64,000 nt of DNA from positions 4,715 to 68,714 of the forward strand of contig JAFGGM010000051.1 of the NCBI GenBank assembly GCA_016930555.1, given 5' to 3'. Of the stretch, positions 20,628 to 31,843 are shown piece after piece. This DNA is from Candidatus Bathyarchaeum sp. (GTDB lineage Archaea; Thermoproteota; Bathyarchaeia; Bathyarchaeales; Bathyarchaeaceae). How positions within the stretch are numbered: the stretch's first letter is position 1; each line of letters starts with the position of its first letter. The translations under genes and the position numbers were made by a program. The notes below the pieces were generated by a model that ran no database searches, was not told where the DNA came from, and worked only from the letters and a program-made list of their open reading frames with translations.

Positions 20628-20736
20628 GTTCCCCACAAATTTTCTTTTTACAGTTTCACATACGAAACAAAAAAGAAACAGACCGATAAACACTTATGGA
20701 TTATAGACTGTTTGAAGCGAGGAAGTAAAAACAGAG

Positions 20737-21921
20737 ATGAGCATTGGAATTTTATTTGAGAGCTCCGAAACAGACGAAAAAGGCATTAACATGACTGCTG
20801 AGCAGATGGGAATAGACCTAGTTTACATCCCCTTCCGCAAAGTTGCAGTTCGCCTAGACGAACATGGCTACAGCATTCGAACCAAAGCAAAGGACTATAC
20901 TAAAGTCATCAAAGACATCAAAGTAGTGCTAAACCGGGCACAAAGCAAGAACCGAAGACTCTTCGCAGCTAATGTTCTGGAAGCCTTCGGCAAACATGTG
21001 ATAAACCCACAGTGCGTAGAATATGCATGCTTCAGCAAACTGAGAACCTTACTCCACTTCTGGCAAGCAGGACTCCCAACTCCTGAGACAGTTTATGTTC
21101 CGGTTGATTCCACCGAAAAAACCTTGGATGGAAGGGAAATCCATAACGAAGGAGACATAGCAGACCTGTTTTTGATGGAACTGAACCATCAGAATATTGT
21201 AGTCAAACCTGACGCTGGAACTCATGGAAAGGGCGTTCAGTTAGCCAAAGAACGCAACGAGTTGTTGCCAATTCTGAGGGACATTCAGCCTTCAATAATC
21301 AATCCTGTTGGGGTCCTCGCTCAGAAGCTCGTCCAGAAATGGTTCTACGACCTCAGAATAATAGTTACTAAAGAGGATAGAAAGGCGCCATACTGCTACC
21401 CCACAGCCCTAGCTCGGGCAGGATTCAAAGATTTCAGGACAAACACATTCCTGGGCAACATGGTAGTTGGCGTGAATTTGCCAAGTCACATCAGAGAGGT
21501 AGCAGCCAAATGCGGCAAAGCTATGGGAGGAGACAGCAAAGCCTACCTTTTAGCTTTCGATGCAATGGTTGGCGTGAACGGAAATAAGGATGTTGAAGAT
21601 GAGCATCTGATGGAAGAATTTGAAAAACTTGAGCCCTCCTTTGATGCTGTAAAGAAGGTGAAAGGAGATAAGACCAAAAGAACGTCCTTCCCTGCATGGA
21701 ACAGGAAGCTGGAGGCGGCTTTTGAAAACTACAAGAGCCAAGAACCCTATCTGTACATAAAGGATGTTATTGAAGACAGTATGGAAAAGAACAAGCATAA
21801 TATAGTGTTCCATGAGGCCAATGCTTGCCCCGAATTCTGGGAACAAACCCGTTTAGCTGCTGGGATAAACATAGCAGAAGCACTGCTAAAGGGAGCTCAG
21901 AGTATAATAAATAACGAATAA
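20737..21921 (+). CDS. lysX: LysX/RimK-like ATP-grasp ligase with a large insertion
   Basis: VVKPDAGTHGKG, DLRI, FRTN, HEANACPEF; positioned between lysW and lysY. Confidence 0.75.
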   Translation: MSIGILFESSETDEKGINMTAEQMGIDLVYIPFRKVAVRLDEHGYSIRTKAKDYTKVIKDIKVVLNRAQSKNRRLFAANVLEAFGKHVINPQCVEYACFSKLRTLLHFWQAGLPTPETVYVPVDSTEKTLDGREIHNEGDIADLFLMELNHQNIVVKPDAGTHGKGVQLAKERNELLPILRDIQPSIINPVGVLAQKLVQKWFYDLRIIVTKEDRKAPYCYPTALARAGFKDFRTNTFLGNMVVGVNLPSHIREVAAKCGKAMGGDSKAYLLAFDAMVGVNGNKDVEDEHLMEEFEKLEPSFDAVKKVKGDKTKRTSFPAWNRKLEAAFENYKSQEPYLYIKDVIEDSMEKNKHNIVFHEANACPEFWEQTRLAAGINIAEALLKGAQSIINNE

Positions 21922-21936
21922 AGGAGAAATAAAAAA

Positions 21937-22989
21937 ATGCGAGTTGGAGTAATTGGTGGATCAGGATACGTAGGCTCAGAACTATTACGACTGCTACTTC
22001 CCCACCCAAAAATAGAATTAACAATAGTGACTTCCCGTCAAAACGCAGGCGAATTCGTTTTCACGGTTCATCCTAACCTCAGAGGAGCCACTCAACTGAA
22101 ATTCACGCCCCCCAACATCTCCCAAGTAACAGAGAATTGCGACTTGGTGTTCGCTGCGATGCCCCACGGCAAATCATTGGAACTAGTTCCACAACTGCTT
22201 GAAACGGGAGTAAAGGTCATCGACATGAGCGCAGATTACCGCCTCAATAACCCAGTTGATTACGACAAATGGTACAGATGGAAACACACTCATCCAGAAC
22301 TGCTAGAAGAAGCAGTTTACGGTTGCCCTGAGCTTCACCGCCAAGAAATCAAAGACGCCAAGCTAGTAGCGTGTCCAGGATGCATGTCCACAGCCACGAT
22401 TCTGGGATTGGCGCCTCTCGTGAAGGAAGGCGTAATCGAAAAGAACAGGATAGTAGCTGACGTTAAGATCGGCTCCTCGGGTGCAGGACAAAAGCCCACT
22501 GTTACATCTCATCATCCTGAAAGGGCAGGTGGCGTGCGACCATACAAGGTAGCAGACCACAGGCATGTAGCAGAAGTTGAACAGGAACTCAATCTGTTAA
22601 CAGAAGAAAAAGTTACAGTAGCTTTTACACCCCATGCAGTAAACATGATTCGGGGCATTCTTTCAACAATTCACGCTTACCTCAAAACGCCAGTGACAGA
22701 CAAAAACGTGTGGAAGTTCTATCGCTCTATGTATCAAAATGAATATTTCATACGTTTTGTCAAGTTCAAGAAGGGACCTTACCAGTTGCCAAACCCCAAA
22801 ATTACGATGGGAACAAACTATGTTGACATCGGCTTCGAAGTAGACCCGCGCACACGAAGAATTATCGTCTTCTCAGCCATCGACAACCTCATGAGGGGCG
22901 CATCTGGTCAAGGAGTGCAATGCATGAACCTTATGATTGGCATAAACGAAAAAACTGGCATAGACCAACAAGGTTTCCATCCGATGTGA
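21937..22989 (+). CDS. lysY: LysW-aminoadipyl/glutamyl-phosphate reductase (ArgC family)
   Basis: GGSGYVG, ACPGC, GSSGAG, SHHPER, DNLMRGASGQ. Confidence 0.9.
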   Translation: MRVGVIGGSGYVGSELLRLLLPHPKIELTIVTSRQNAGEFVFTVHPNLRGATQLKFTPPNISQVTENCDLVFAAMPHGKSLELVPQLLETGVKVIDMSADYRLNNPVDYDKWYRWKHTHPELLEEAVYGCPELHRQEIKDAKLVACPGCMSTATILGLAPLVKEGVIEKNRIVADVKIGSSGAGQKPTVTSHHPERAGGVRPYKVADHRHVAEVEQELNLLTEEKVTVAFTPHAVNMIRGILSTIHAYLKTPVTDKNVWKFYRSMYQNEYFIRFVKFKKGPYQLPNPKITMGTNYVDIGFEVDPRTRRIIVFSAIDNLMRGASGQGVQCMNLMIGINEKTGIDQQGFHPM

Positions 22990-22995
22990 TAAAAA

Positions 22996-23802
22996 ATGTT
23001 GATCGTAGTTAAGGTTGGCGGAAGCATTCTTGAAGAGGTGCCAGCTGAACTGGTAACCGACATAAAGAACGTACTTTCTGAGCACGAACTCGTATTGGTT
23101 CATGGAGGAGGAAAAGGCGTCACAGAAATAGCCTCTAAGCTTGGCAAAGAGCAACAGTTCGTTTTTTCGCCAACAGGTTTTCGCAGCCGATACACAGACA
23201 AAGAGACTATGGAAATCTTCACGATGGTGATGGCAGGCAAAATCAACAAAAAAATAGTTATAGCCCTAATGAAACAAAAGATACCAATCGTTGGGCTTTC
23301 AGGCTTAGATGGATTGCTTGTGCAAGCAACAAGAAAGAAGCGCATAATCATAGTTGATGAGCGGGGCAGAAAGCGCGTGATTGACGGCGGCTACACAGGA
23401 AAGGTTAGCCAAATCAACGTTTCCTTGCTTCAACTCCTACTCGAGAATGGTTTTGTGCCATTAGTCTCTCCGATTGCAGCAAGTGAAGAGCAGGAACCCC
23501 TTAATGTTGACGCTGACCGCACAGCAGCCAATATCGCTGGAGCCTTGAAAGCAGATATGCTGGTTCTGTTGACTGACGTTGAAGGACTGAAGTTGAACGA
23601 TAAGGTGGTCTCGAAACTCTCTATCGATGATGTTGAGGACAAGCTGAAGAAGATTGGGGGCGGCATGATAACCAAAGTTTACGCTGCCCATGAAGCATTA
23701 AATCAGGGCGTTAGCGAGGTGGTAATCTGTTCTGGCGTCCGAAAGAATCCGATTTCTAACGCTTTGAAGCATGAAGGTGGTACGGTGATAAGCCGTGAAT
23801 GA
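22996..23802 (+). CDS. lysZ: LysW-aminoadipate/glutamate kinase (ArgB family)
   Basis: VVKVGG, VHGGG, SP.GFRSRYTD, NVDAD, GGMITK. Confidence 0.9.
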   Translation: MLIVVKVGGSILEEVPAELVTDIKNVLSEHELVLVHGGGKGVTEIASKLGKEQQFVFSPTGFRSRYTDKETMEIFTMVMAGKINKKIVIALMKQKIPIVGLSGLDGLLVQATRKKRIIIVDERGRKRVIDGGYTGKVSQINVSLLQLLLENGFVPLVSPIAASEEQEPLNVDADRTAANIAGALKADMLVLLTDVEGLKLNDKVVSKLSIDDVEDKLKKIGGGMITKVYAAHEALNQGVSEVVICSGVRKNPISNALKHEGGTVISRE

Positions 23803-24979
23803 AAAAAAAGTAATCGATATCGAAGATAAAATTATGGCAAACACCTTCGCCAAAAGAAACCTTGTGTTAACAAGGGGCAAAGGAGCCACAGTTTGGGACA
23901 TCAACGGAAACGAATACATTGATTGCACAGGCAGCTATGGAGTTGCTGTTGTTGGTCACTGTCACCCAAAAGTTGTGAAAGCAGTTCAAAAGCAAGTGGA
24001 AAGTCTTATTGCCTGTCACGCCTCCTTCTACAACGACATACGTTCAGAGCTTCTCCAAAAATTAATTAACTTAGCTCCAAAGGGACTCGACAAAGTTTTT
24101 CTTTCTAGCAGCGGCGCCGAGGCAGTTGAGTGCGCCATAAAATTGGCTAGAAAAGCTTCAGGCAAAACCGAAATAATCGCCATGATAGGAGCCTTTCACG
24201 GCAAAACCATGGGCGCTCTTTCTGCAACATGGAAAAAGAAGTATCGGGCGCCTTTCATGCCCTTGGTTCCAGGATTCAAGCATGTTCCTGCAAACAATCT
24301 TGAAAAGATAAGGGAAGTAATCACTGACAACACTGCCGCAGTAGTTGTTGAACCAGTCAGGGGAGAGGGCGGAATCCTTGTCAATTCAGACGACTTTCTT
24401 CCGGGACTACGAGAACTCTGTGACGAAAAAGGCGTGTTACTAATTTTCGATGAAGTACAAACGGGTTTTGGTCGCACAGGCAAAGTTTTCGCATGTGAAC
24501 ACTGGAACGTAGTTCCCGATATCATGTGTCTTGCCAAGTCTGTTGCTGGCGGAATTCCCATGGGCGCAACCTTTGCCAAAGAGGAAATTATGTCTGCCTT
24601 CAACAAGGGAGAGCACTCAAGCACATTCAGCGGTAACCCATTAGTTTGTGCTGCGGCTTCTGCAGCCATAGATGTGCTTGTTGAAGAGAAACTTCCAGAA
24701 AGGGCAGCAACTCTTGGGCAATACTTCAAGAGCAAGCTGGAAACCTTAGCTGAGAAATACAAGATTGTCAGAGAGGTCCGAGGTTTGGGTCTTATGATTG
24801 GGATGGAGATGCGATTTGACGTTTATAATATACTGCTTGGATGCATGGAGAGGGGGGTTCTTGTTTTGGATGCTGGAAGAAACGTTGTCCGGTTTCTGCC
24901 GCCCTTAGTCATCGAGGAACAGCAGATCGACAGAGTCATTGAAGTACTGGATGAAGTATTGGCAGGGGAGAACAAATGA
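23795..24979 (+). CDS. lysJ: LysW-aminoadipate semialdehyde transaminase (ArgD family)
   Basis: SGAEAVE, FHGKTMGALS, DEVQTGFGRTG, AKSVAGG. Confidence 0.9.
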   Translation: MNEKKVIDIEDKIMANTFAKRNLVLTRGKGATVWDINGNEYIDCTGSYGVAVVGHCHPKVVKAVQKQVESLIACHASFYNDIRSELLQKLINLAPKGLDKVFLSSSGAEAVECAIKLARKASGKTEIIAMIGAFHGKTMGALSATWKKKYRAPFMPLVPGFKHVPANNLEKIREVITDNTAAVVVEPVRGEGGILVNSDDFLPGLRELCDEKGVLLIFDEVQTGFGRTGKVFACEHWNVVPDIMCLAKSVAGGIPMGATFAKEEIMSAFNKGEHSSTFSGNPLVCAAASAAIDVLVEEKLPERAATLGQYFKSKLETLAEKYKIVREVRGLGLMIGMEMRFDVYNILLGCMERGVLVLDAGRNVVRFLPPLVIEEQQIDRVIEVLDEVLAGENK

Positions 24980-26118
24980 GTAACGACTACGCCGTTGACC
25001 TGCTTACACGCATGACAAAAATTTACAGCCCCTCAGGCAACGAAGAGAAGATTTCCTTGTTCTTGGCTGACGAAATGACGAAACTGGGTTTCATAGTTCA
25101 CAGGGATGAAGTAGGAAACGTTATCGGCGAAATAGGTGAAGGCTCTCCAGTTGTTCTTTTGTGTGGGCACATGGACACTGTTGAAGGGAAGATTCCTGTC
25201 AGGGTTGAGGACGGACAACTGTATGGCAGAGGCTCCGTGGACGCAAAAGGTCCGTTAGCCGCCATGATTGTAGCTGCCTCCACCTTTGTCAAGAACGGTT
25301 TTCCAGGAAAGATTCTGGTTGTTGGCGTCGTAGATGAGGAAAAGGGGGGCACAGGAATCCAGCATTTTGTTGAAGAAGGCATTCAGCCAGATTACGCCAT
25401 TTTCGGTGAGCCAAGCGGTTTAGAAAAGATTGTCTTCGGCTACAAGGGCATCGTAACTGTGAAGGTATCTGTTAAGACACCCTCAGGTCATTCTGCTGCA
25501 CCATGGCTCTTCGATAATGCAATTGAGAAAGCTATGGAGTTTTGGAGACAGATTAACAAGCTTCATTTGCGGGAAGAGAAACTGAAGAGCCGTTTCTACT
25601 CAATTACATCTTGCTTAACGGGAATAAAGGGCGGAAACCATTCTGCCTCTTTTATTCCCTCAGAGTGCGAGATTATTGTTCAGTTAAGAATTCCACCTCA
25701 GCTAACACCAGATGTCGTGTTTGAGGAAGTAAAGCGGAAGATTGACCGCTACAAAGCAACTAACCCTAAGGTTCAAGTATCGGTGGAGATGGTGGATGTG
25801 GCTAAAGCCTTCGAAGCTGACCGCAGGTCCGTTATTGTCAGGGCTTTGGCTTGGGGCATCAGAAAGACCACACTGAATTATGCATCTTTTTCGCGGAAAA
25901 CGGGTACAGGAGACATGAATGTTCTTGGTAATGCCCTGAAGATTCCGGTGGTTACGTATGGACCCGGAGACTCTCGGCTAGACCACACACCCAACGAACA
26001 CATAGACATCCAAGAATACCTAGAAAGCATCGAAGTTCTGAAGAAGGCTCTCCATAAGCTGCCTGACTTCGTTGAGAAACAGGAAAAAAGACAACAAAGA
26101 GACTGCAACAATAATTAG
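24976..26118 (+). CDS. lysK: LysW-lysine/ornithine hydrolase (M20 family)
   Basis: GHMDTV, GRGSVDAKG, DEE, GEPSG, KTGTGDMN, YGPGDSRLDHTPNEH. Confidence 0.9.
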   Translation: MSNDYAVDLLTRMTKIYSPSGNEEKISLFLADEMTKLGFIVHRDEVGNVIGEIGEGSPVVLLCGHMDTVEGKIPVRVEDGQLYGRGSVDAKGPLAAMIVAASTFVKNGFPGKILVVGVVDEEKGGTGIQHFVEEGIQPDYAIFGEPSGLEKIVFGYKGIVTVKVSVKTPSGHSAAPWLFDNAIEKAMEFWRQINKLHLREEKLKSRFYSITSCLTGIKGGNHSASFIPSECEIIVQLRIPPQLTPDVVFEEVKRKIDRYKATNPKVQVSVEMVDVAKAFEADRRSVIVRALAWGIRKTTLNYASFSRKTGTGDMNVLGNALKIPVVTYGPGDSRLDHTPNEHIDIQEYLESIEVLKKALHKLPDFVEKQEKRQQRDCNNN

Positions 26119-26556
26119 TTATGTTGATAGCTTACTTTTTCTCCATTTCAATCCTTCAGCCAAAAAAACAACAGCCGACACGATGGTTACTATTGTCAAG
26201 AGCCAAAATGACCCTTCAACTGACGAATTAGCCAATAAGTGAAGCAGTAAAATAGCAATTTCTATGGCTAAAACAACCAAAAAAATGACCCCAAAAAGGA
26301 TAAACCGAGCGAGAAGATGTTTTCCAAGCCACACGTATCCCTTGATTCCAACTTTTTCTTTAACAATATAGTTACCATATTCGTCTTTGCTCACCAAATT
26401 CATGTCCATAAGTTTCTGAAGATTCCGGTAAGCAACGCTTGGGCTGGTTAATTCTGCTCCCCTCATCACTTCTCTGGGACCAACAGGTTTCCCAGTTTTG
26501 ATCAGGTAAATGTATGTTCGAATTGCTGTAGCAGTTAGTTCATCTTCAGCTTCCAT
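26119..26556 (-). CDS. wHTH protein with two C-terminal TM helices (membrane-tethered regulator)
   Basis: YIYLIK.GKPVGPREVMRG..LTSPSVAY.NLQKL followed by two hydrophobic stretches; start trimmed to ATG 26556. Confidence 0.7.
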   Translation of the reverse strand: MEAEDELTATAIRTYIYLIKTGKPVGPREVMRGAELTSPSVAYRNLQKLMDMNLVSKDEYGNYIVKEKVGIKGYVWLGKHLLARFILFGVIFLVVLAIEIAILLLHLLANSSVEGSFWLLTIVTIVSAVVFLAEGLKWRKSKLST

Positions 26557-26683
26557 GTTCCATTGACCAGCTCTGTTTGAGAGATAGAATATAGTCAAGT
26601 CAGCTTTTAAGTAAATTTCGTGCCTGCACAACAAAATCACGTTTTTATATAACTTCATCATTGATGTATTTTGGGCGGATTTC

Positions 26684-26911
26684 ATGGGGTTAGTTTACGT
26701 TTTGATGAACACAGAGCCGAGTCAAATGGAAAGCGTTCTAAAAGAAATTAAAGAAATCAAGGGCGTAGTAGAGGCGTATATGGTTTATGGAACTTACGAC
26801 ATCTGCGCAAAAGTCGGTGCTGAAAAACCCCAAGAACTCAAGGGAATAGTCCAGAAAATCAGAAGCAAAAACAATGTTCTAAACACTCTAACATTGATGG
26901 TTGTTCAGTAA
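26684..26911 (+). CDS. Stand-alone Lrp/AsnC ligand-binding (RAM) domain protein
   Basis: YVLMNTEP...V.EAYMVYGTYDI.AKV...T.TL.V, with no HTH. Confidence 0.85.
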   Translation: MGLVYVLMNTEPSQMESVLKEIKEIKGVVEAYMVYGTYDICAKVGAEKPQELKGIVQKIRSKNNVLNTLTLMVVQ

Positions 26912-26949
26912 CAGAGCACTCACAGAAAGAGGGACAGAACACCCGCTTT

Positions 26950-27393
26950 TTAGATGCCATATTTTGTTCTAATGTGAGTTTGGATGAGATAGAGCACAGT
27001 TGCGAGACTGTATGGAATCTCCACTATAGCAGCTGTTTTAATGATGCCCAGAAAAGTTAGCATATCAAGGACTGTTAGAGAATCTGCGATTATGACAAAC
27101 AATGCGACAGCTACGGTTCCAATCCACCCTAAACTTTTACCTTTCCAAAGTAGATAAGTAAAAAGGAGCGTCAATATCCCGTAAATGAGTGTGTAAAAAC
27201 TGAAGACTGAAGGAAAATTTGATGAAGCAGCCACTGAAATGAAAGTTCCTAACACCAGCACTAAACCAAAAAAGGTGTGAGTCAATCCGTTAATAACCTG
27301 AATAGCCGTTAGAACACCAATGCCCAAAAAACGTCCCCTAAAAGTAACAACCCTATCAGGTTTTTTCATAATAAAACATGTACAAAAAGTCAC
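26950..27393 (-). CDS. Hypothetical multi-TM membrane protein
   Basis: About four hydrophobic segments; no family recognised. Confidence 0.6.
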   Translation of the reverse strand: MTFCTCFIMKKPDRVVTFRGRFLGIGVLTAIQVINGLTHTFFGLVLVLGTFISVAASSNFPSVFSFYTLIYGILTLLFTYLLWKGKSLGWIGTVAVALFVIIADSLTVLDMLTFLGIIKTAAIVEIPYSLATVLYLIQTHIRTKYGI

Positions 27394-27469
27394 TAAATAA
27401 ACATATGATAGAAAACAGAAAAGAAAAAATGGAAAAGGGGAGACTGCCAGCTTTTGCAGCCTAACTGGA

Positions 27470-28675
27470 TTATTGGTAGCTTTGCCACTTGCTTTCCAGT
27501 GCTGGGTCCTGAATAGTTTTCATCAAGTAGTCAGCAAATTCTGCTCCAGTAGCGCCATCTGATCTTCCTGTTGTTATCACCTTTTTCTCGTACTGTCCAC
27601 AGACGTCAAGAGCCATCTCAAGTTTCTTTGCTTCAGCAGCAAATCCGATGTGTTTCAGGAGCATGACTGTTGCTCTCAGGATGCTGGCGGGGTCAGCGTA
27701 TTCGGCTCTTCCTTCCTCAACCATTCTTGGAGCTGAGCCATGGATAGCCTCAAACATTGCGTATCTTTTGCCGATGTTTGCGCTTCCAGCTGTGCCGACT
27801 CCTCCTTGGAATTCAGCCGCTTCGTCAGTAATTATGTCTCCATAAAGGTTTGGCAATACTACAACCTTGAATTGGGTTCGTCGCTTCGGGTCCACAAGCT
27901 TTGCAGTCATGATGTCAACAAACCAGTCATCCCATTCAACACCAGGATAAAGTTTGGCCACCTGCTCTGCCACGCTGAGGAATTTTCCGTCAGTTGTTTT
28001 CACTACATTCGCTTTGGTTACAACAGTTACCTTGTTGATGTTGTTTTTCTTGGCGTAATCAAAGGCCATCTCGGCAATTCTTTCGGAACCCTGTGTGGTT
28101 GTTACTTTGAAGTCAACAGCAAGATCGTCAGTGACATTCACTCCCTTGCCCCCAAGTACGTATGCGCCTTCTGTGTTCTCCCTGAAGAATATCCAATCGA
28201 TTCCTTCTTCAGGAACCTTTACAGGTCTCACGTTCGCAAACAGGTCAAGAATCCGCCGCATAGCAACGTTTGCACTCTCGATGTTAGGCCATTTGTCGCC
28301 CTTCTTCGGAGTGTATGTTGGACCCTTGAGTAGAACATGGCACGTTTTTATTTCTGCTAGAACGTCGTCAGGTATCGTCTTCATGACCTTGGCTCTGTTC
28401 TCGATGGTCAAGCCCTCAATGACTTTCATTTGGACTTTCCCATTGGCTACCTCTTTTTTCAGCAGAAATTCTAGAACCCTCTGGGCTTCCTTAGTGATGA
28501 ATGGACCAATACCGTCTCCGCCAACAATTCCGATTACTATCGGCTTCAGTTTGGCGTAGTCCAGCCAGTTTTCTGCCTGTTTCATTTGTTCGACTCTTTC
28601 AAGCTGTTCTTCAAGCAGCTTACCAAAATGTTCCTTTGCCGCTTTAATTTCTTTATTCATTTCCATTTCCTCCAA
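27470..28675 (-). CDS. Isocitrate dehydrogenase (beta-decarboxylating dehydrogenase family)
   Basis: GDGIGP, LKGPT, SANVAMRR.LDLFANVRP, NLYGDIITD, FEAIHGSAP; in an operon with aconitase and ACL. Likely start is ATG 28660 after GGAGG. Confidence 0.8.
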   Translation of the reverse strand: MEEMEMNKEIKAAKEHFGKLLEEQLERVEQMKQAENWLDYAKLKPIVIGIVGGDGIGPFITKEAQRVLEFLLKKEVANGKVQMKVIEGLTIENRAKVMKTIPDDVLAEIKTCHVLLKGPTYTPKKGDKWPNIESANVAMRRILDLFANVRPVKVPEEGIDWIFFRENTEGAYVLGGKGVNVTDDLAVDFKVTTTQGSERIAEMAFDYAKKNNINKVTVVTKANVVKTTDGKFLSVAEQVAKLYPGVEWDDWFVDIMTAKLVDPKRRTQFKVVVLPNLYGDIITDEAAEFQGGVGTAGSANIGKRYAMFEAIHGSAPRMVEEGRAEYADPASILRATVMLLKHIGFAAEAKKLEMALDVCGQYEKKVITTGRSDGATGAEFADYLMKTIQDPALESKWQSYQ

Positions 28676-28680
28676 TTTTT

Positions 28681-30531
28681 TTATTTTATTTCTTCCTTTT
28701 TAGGAGAAGCATAAAGAATGTCATTCCATGGATGTCTGTACAGGTTTTCCTTAAGACGCTTTTGATCTAGGATGTGCCCCATGAATCCGATGCTGCGCCC
28801 AAGCACGAAGAGCCCATTTAGGGCTCCAGTTTCGATGATGTCACTGATTTCCTGTTTTGAGAAACCTAAACTGTTAAGCATATCAACGAAAAGAATTCCT
28901 ACACAGCCATCAACATTCAATATTAGGTTGTCCCTTTTTGCTGTGGTCACTTTCTCAACAGCTAGGGCGTAATCGAGGTAATCGGTTTTCGGAAAATTTT
29001 CTCTAGCATACTTTTTGAGAAGCTCCACACGCTTGTCTGGGTTAATCACTGACTTGACACGATGACCAATTCCAGGAATCAGTATGTCCATGGCCTTCAT
29101 ATCATCAACCATCTCTTTGGGCTCCTTGGCTTCATCATGGAACTTCTTGAACCAGTACGCTGCTCCGTCAATGGCGCCTCCGAAACGTGGACCAATCGTC
29201 AACAAACCGCTAACCAACGAGGATATGAGATCCTTTCCGGCTCTCGCAGAGATTATGGCATTGTGAGCGCCTGACACTGCAGGACCATGATCAGCCACTA
29301 TCTGCAAAACTAGCTCAATGAAGCCTGTTCCCCATTTCGGGAGTTCTTTCTTGAACCACAGAAGCCCGATAACTCCGCCGATTCCGTAGCCATTTTCTAC
29401 AACTTCAGTTAGAGGCACACCCGCATACATGGGTTGGTCTCCTCGCTCGTCAGTGATTGTACTGACAAAATGCGTTGGTATCCTCACCATTCCTTCAGTT
29501 ATAGCAGTGCTTAAGTCCATGGGAGTTTTCTTGGGCTCCCTATCTGGTTTAGGCTTAACTTTTCCTTCTTTCACCAGCTTGTCAAAAGTTTCTTTGATTT
29601 TTTTGCCCAAATCATCGAAGGAATCTGGGACGACTGCTCCTGCTTCTTTCAAAGCTTTATTTTTTGCGTCAGCTGTTTCCAAGTCAGTTCTTGCCTTTGC
29701 TCCCGCATGACCAAACTGTACTCCAGCTGAGAACATTTTGGAGCATGTTCCGATGCACCATGCAACAAGTGACTTAGTGATTTTTCCAGTTTTCAGGGCG
29801 TTTACGATGTCATATTCATCTCTGCCTCCGACTTCGCCGAGGAGAACAATCATGGCTGCATCTGGGTCCTGTTGGAATCTCATTACGTGGTCTATGAAGG
29901 TACTACCTGGATAGAGGTCTCCGCCGATGGCTATTCCTTCGTAGACGCCGTCGCTGTTTCTGGAAACGATGTTATTCAGTTCGTTAAGCAGTCCACCTGA
30001 CTTCGAAACAAAGGCAACGCTTCCTGGGCGATGCAACCGAGACGCTATTATGTTGTCGATCATGCCACCAGTGTTTCCTATCTTGAAGGCTCCGCCCTTG
30101 ATTGCGCCAACTGTTGCGGGACCGATTATCCATTTTCCCTTCTGTCTTGCAATAGCAGCAAGTTCTCTTGTGTATCTTTCAGGGATTCCTTCGGCAATGA
30201 TTGCGACTGTGCGGATGCTATCGATTTCGAGGGCTTCTCTTGTTCGGGGGTAAGCTGACCTGAAGGATGCGAAGTTGACCATCACATCAGCTTGAGGATG
30301 CTTTTCTGCTGCTTCCTTGATGCTTGTGTATATTGGAAGAATGATTTCTTCAGGTCCCCAGAAGCATTTGTGGTATCCGTCTCTTGTCGGGTCAACAATT
30401 GCTACGATGCTGGGGTTTTTTCTTTCGCATGCATAGTCGAAGTCAAGCATGCGTTGGATAGCCCTTTGCTGGTATCCAAAGATGATAGCTTGGGTGTTCT
30501 TATCAAACAGTTTATAGTTGCTCATTTTCAC
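28681..30531 (-). CDS. aclA: ATP-citrate lyase subunit A (CoA-binding, phospho-His and citryl-CoA lyase domains)
   Basis: [27 protein letters not shown] (phosphorylated His), [29 protein letters not shown]. Confidence 0.93.
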   Translation of the reverse strand: MKMSNYKLFDKNTQAIIFGYQQRAIQRMLDFDYACERKNPSIVAIVDPTRDGYHKCFWGPEEIILPIYTSIKEAAEKHPQADVMVNFASFRSAYPRTREALEIDSIRTVAIIAEGIPERYTRELAAIARQKGKWIIGPATVGAIKGGAFKIGNTGGMIDNIIASRLHRPGSVAFVSKSGGLLNELNNIVSRNSDGVYEGIAIGGDLYPGSTFIDHVMRFQQDPDAAMIVLLGEVGGRDEYDIVNALKTGKITKSLVAWCIGTCSKMFSAGVQFGHAGAKARTDLETADAKNKALKEAGAVVPDSFDDLGKKIKETFDKLVKEGKVKPKPDREPKKTPMDLSTAITEGMVRIPTHFVSTITDERGDQPMYAGVPLTEVVENGYGIGGVIGLLWFKKELPKWGTGFIELVLQIVADHGPAVSGAHNAIISARAGKDLISSLVSGLLTIGPRFGGAIDGAAYWFKKFHDEAKEPKEMVDDMKAMDILIPGIGHRVKSVINPDKRVELLKKYARENFPKTDYLDYALAVEKVTTAKRDNLILNVDGCVGILFVDMLNSLGFSKQEISDIIETGALNGLFVLGRSIGFMGHILDQKRLKENLYRHPWNDILYASPKKEEIK

Positions 30532-31811
30532 GCACCTGCATTTCCTTTAAGTGCCATCGAAACTATCGAGGTCATGTGGGCTTCTGGTCCAAACACTTCA
30601 ATTGGAACGCCTAAGATTTTGCCGAGGTCTTTCATGTTTTTCAGTCCTTCTTGATAGTTTGGTCCGCCTCTGCGAACGTAAATTCTGACCTTGTTGTCGA
30701 TGAGTTGCTGCTTGTATTCTTTTAGTGCTTTTATTATGCCCGTGAAGGTCTTGGCTACGTCAGTGAAGTTTGCGATGCCGCCTCCGATAATCAGGATTTT
30801 TCCTTTCGGATTCTTTTCTCGTGTCATGAGGTCAAGTATTGTTTTTGTGTACTGGTATGTCTCGTCAGTGGAGGGGTTGCCGCTGTATTCTCCGTAATTG
30901 GCTAACTCATCTTTGAAGCCTAAGTCAAAAACGGTGTCTGTGTAAACGACGCTGGCGCCGCCGCCCGCAACTAATGTCCACACTCTGCCGCTTGGGTTAA
31001 TTACAGTTAGTTTCAGGGAGGCGCCACTTTTTTCATCCAAATCCTTCACGAATTTTTCTTCTTTGGTAAGTCTTCTTCCGAAGGGTGCTGGAAACTCGAT
31101 GTTACCCCATTTGTTGCCGCAAACGAACTGGGCTGTGTCGTCGAGACGAGCAACAGTGTCTAGAGGTATGAAGGCTTCTTTGGTCATTGCTATGGGATTA
31201 ATTTCGAGATACGCATAACCAAAGTCTACGTAAAACTTGAACAAGCCTTTAATGAACTCGGCGACCATTGCTTTTTCTTCTTCAGGAACTTCTTTGGGCA
31301 GTTTTTCGGCTATTTTGATGTTGTTGATGCTAGAAAGAATTGGAACTTGTATGGTTACAACAGTGTCCCAAACGGACTCTATGTCTACTCCTCCGTGCGC
31401 CGAGAAGTAGATAGCGTCGCCTTCCCTGTTGGATGTTATGGCAACATAGTATTCCTTGTTTTTATCATGGGGAATAAAGGGTTCAATAAGAAAATGTGTA
31501 AGCTTGTCTGTTACTTTTCCTATCGTAACGTCCTTGTTCATCCGTTTATTCAACCACTTCTTTGCTTCATCAAATGTGGAATTAAGAAGTATGAGGTTGT
31601 TTTTTCCTCTTTTTCCAATCAGTTGATCAGGCTTGACAACCAATTTCTCTTGTTTCAGCCAAGGATTCTGTTTGGCAAGCTCATTCATGTCTGTTTTTGG
31701 GTCAACCAAAACTATTTTTCCGTCGTACTTTGCAAGGTTTGGTAAATATTCTGTCCAATAGTTTGCCATCATCTTTTTTCCATGAAATTCACGAATTCCT
31801 CTTTGAGCCAA
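30528..31811 (-). CDS. aclB: ATP-citrate lyase subunit B (ATP-grasp and citrate-binding domains)
   Basis: [63 protein letters not shown]. Confidence 0.93.
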   Translation of the reverse strand: MAQRGIREFHGKKMMANYWTEYLPNLAKYDGKIVLVDPKTDMNELAKQNPWLKQEKLVVKPDQLIGKRGKNNLILLNSTFDEAKKWLNKRMNKDVTIGKVTDKLTHFLIEPFIPHDKNKEYYVAITSNREGDAIYFSAHGGVDIESVWDTVVTIQVPILSSINNIKIAEKLPKEVPEEEKAMVAEFIKGLFKFYVDFGYAYLEINPIAMTKEAFIPLDTVARLDDTAQFVCGNKWGNIEFPAPFGRRLTKEEKFVKDLDEKSGASLKLTVINPSGRVWTLVAGGGASVVYTDTVFDLGFKDELANYGEYSGNPSTDETYQYTKTILDLMTREKNPKGKILIIGGGIANFTDVAKTFTGIIKALKEYKQQLIDNKVRIYVRRGGPNYQEGLKNMKDLGKILGVPIEVFGPEAHMTSIVSMALKGNAGA

Positions 31812-31843
31812 TTTTTTGTCTCCTTCAATTAATTTTCAGTCTG

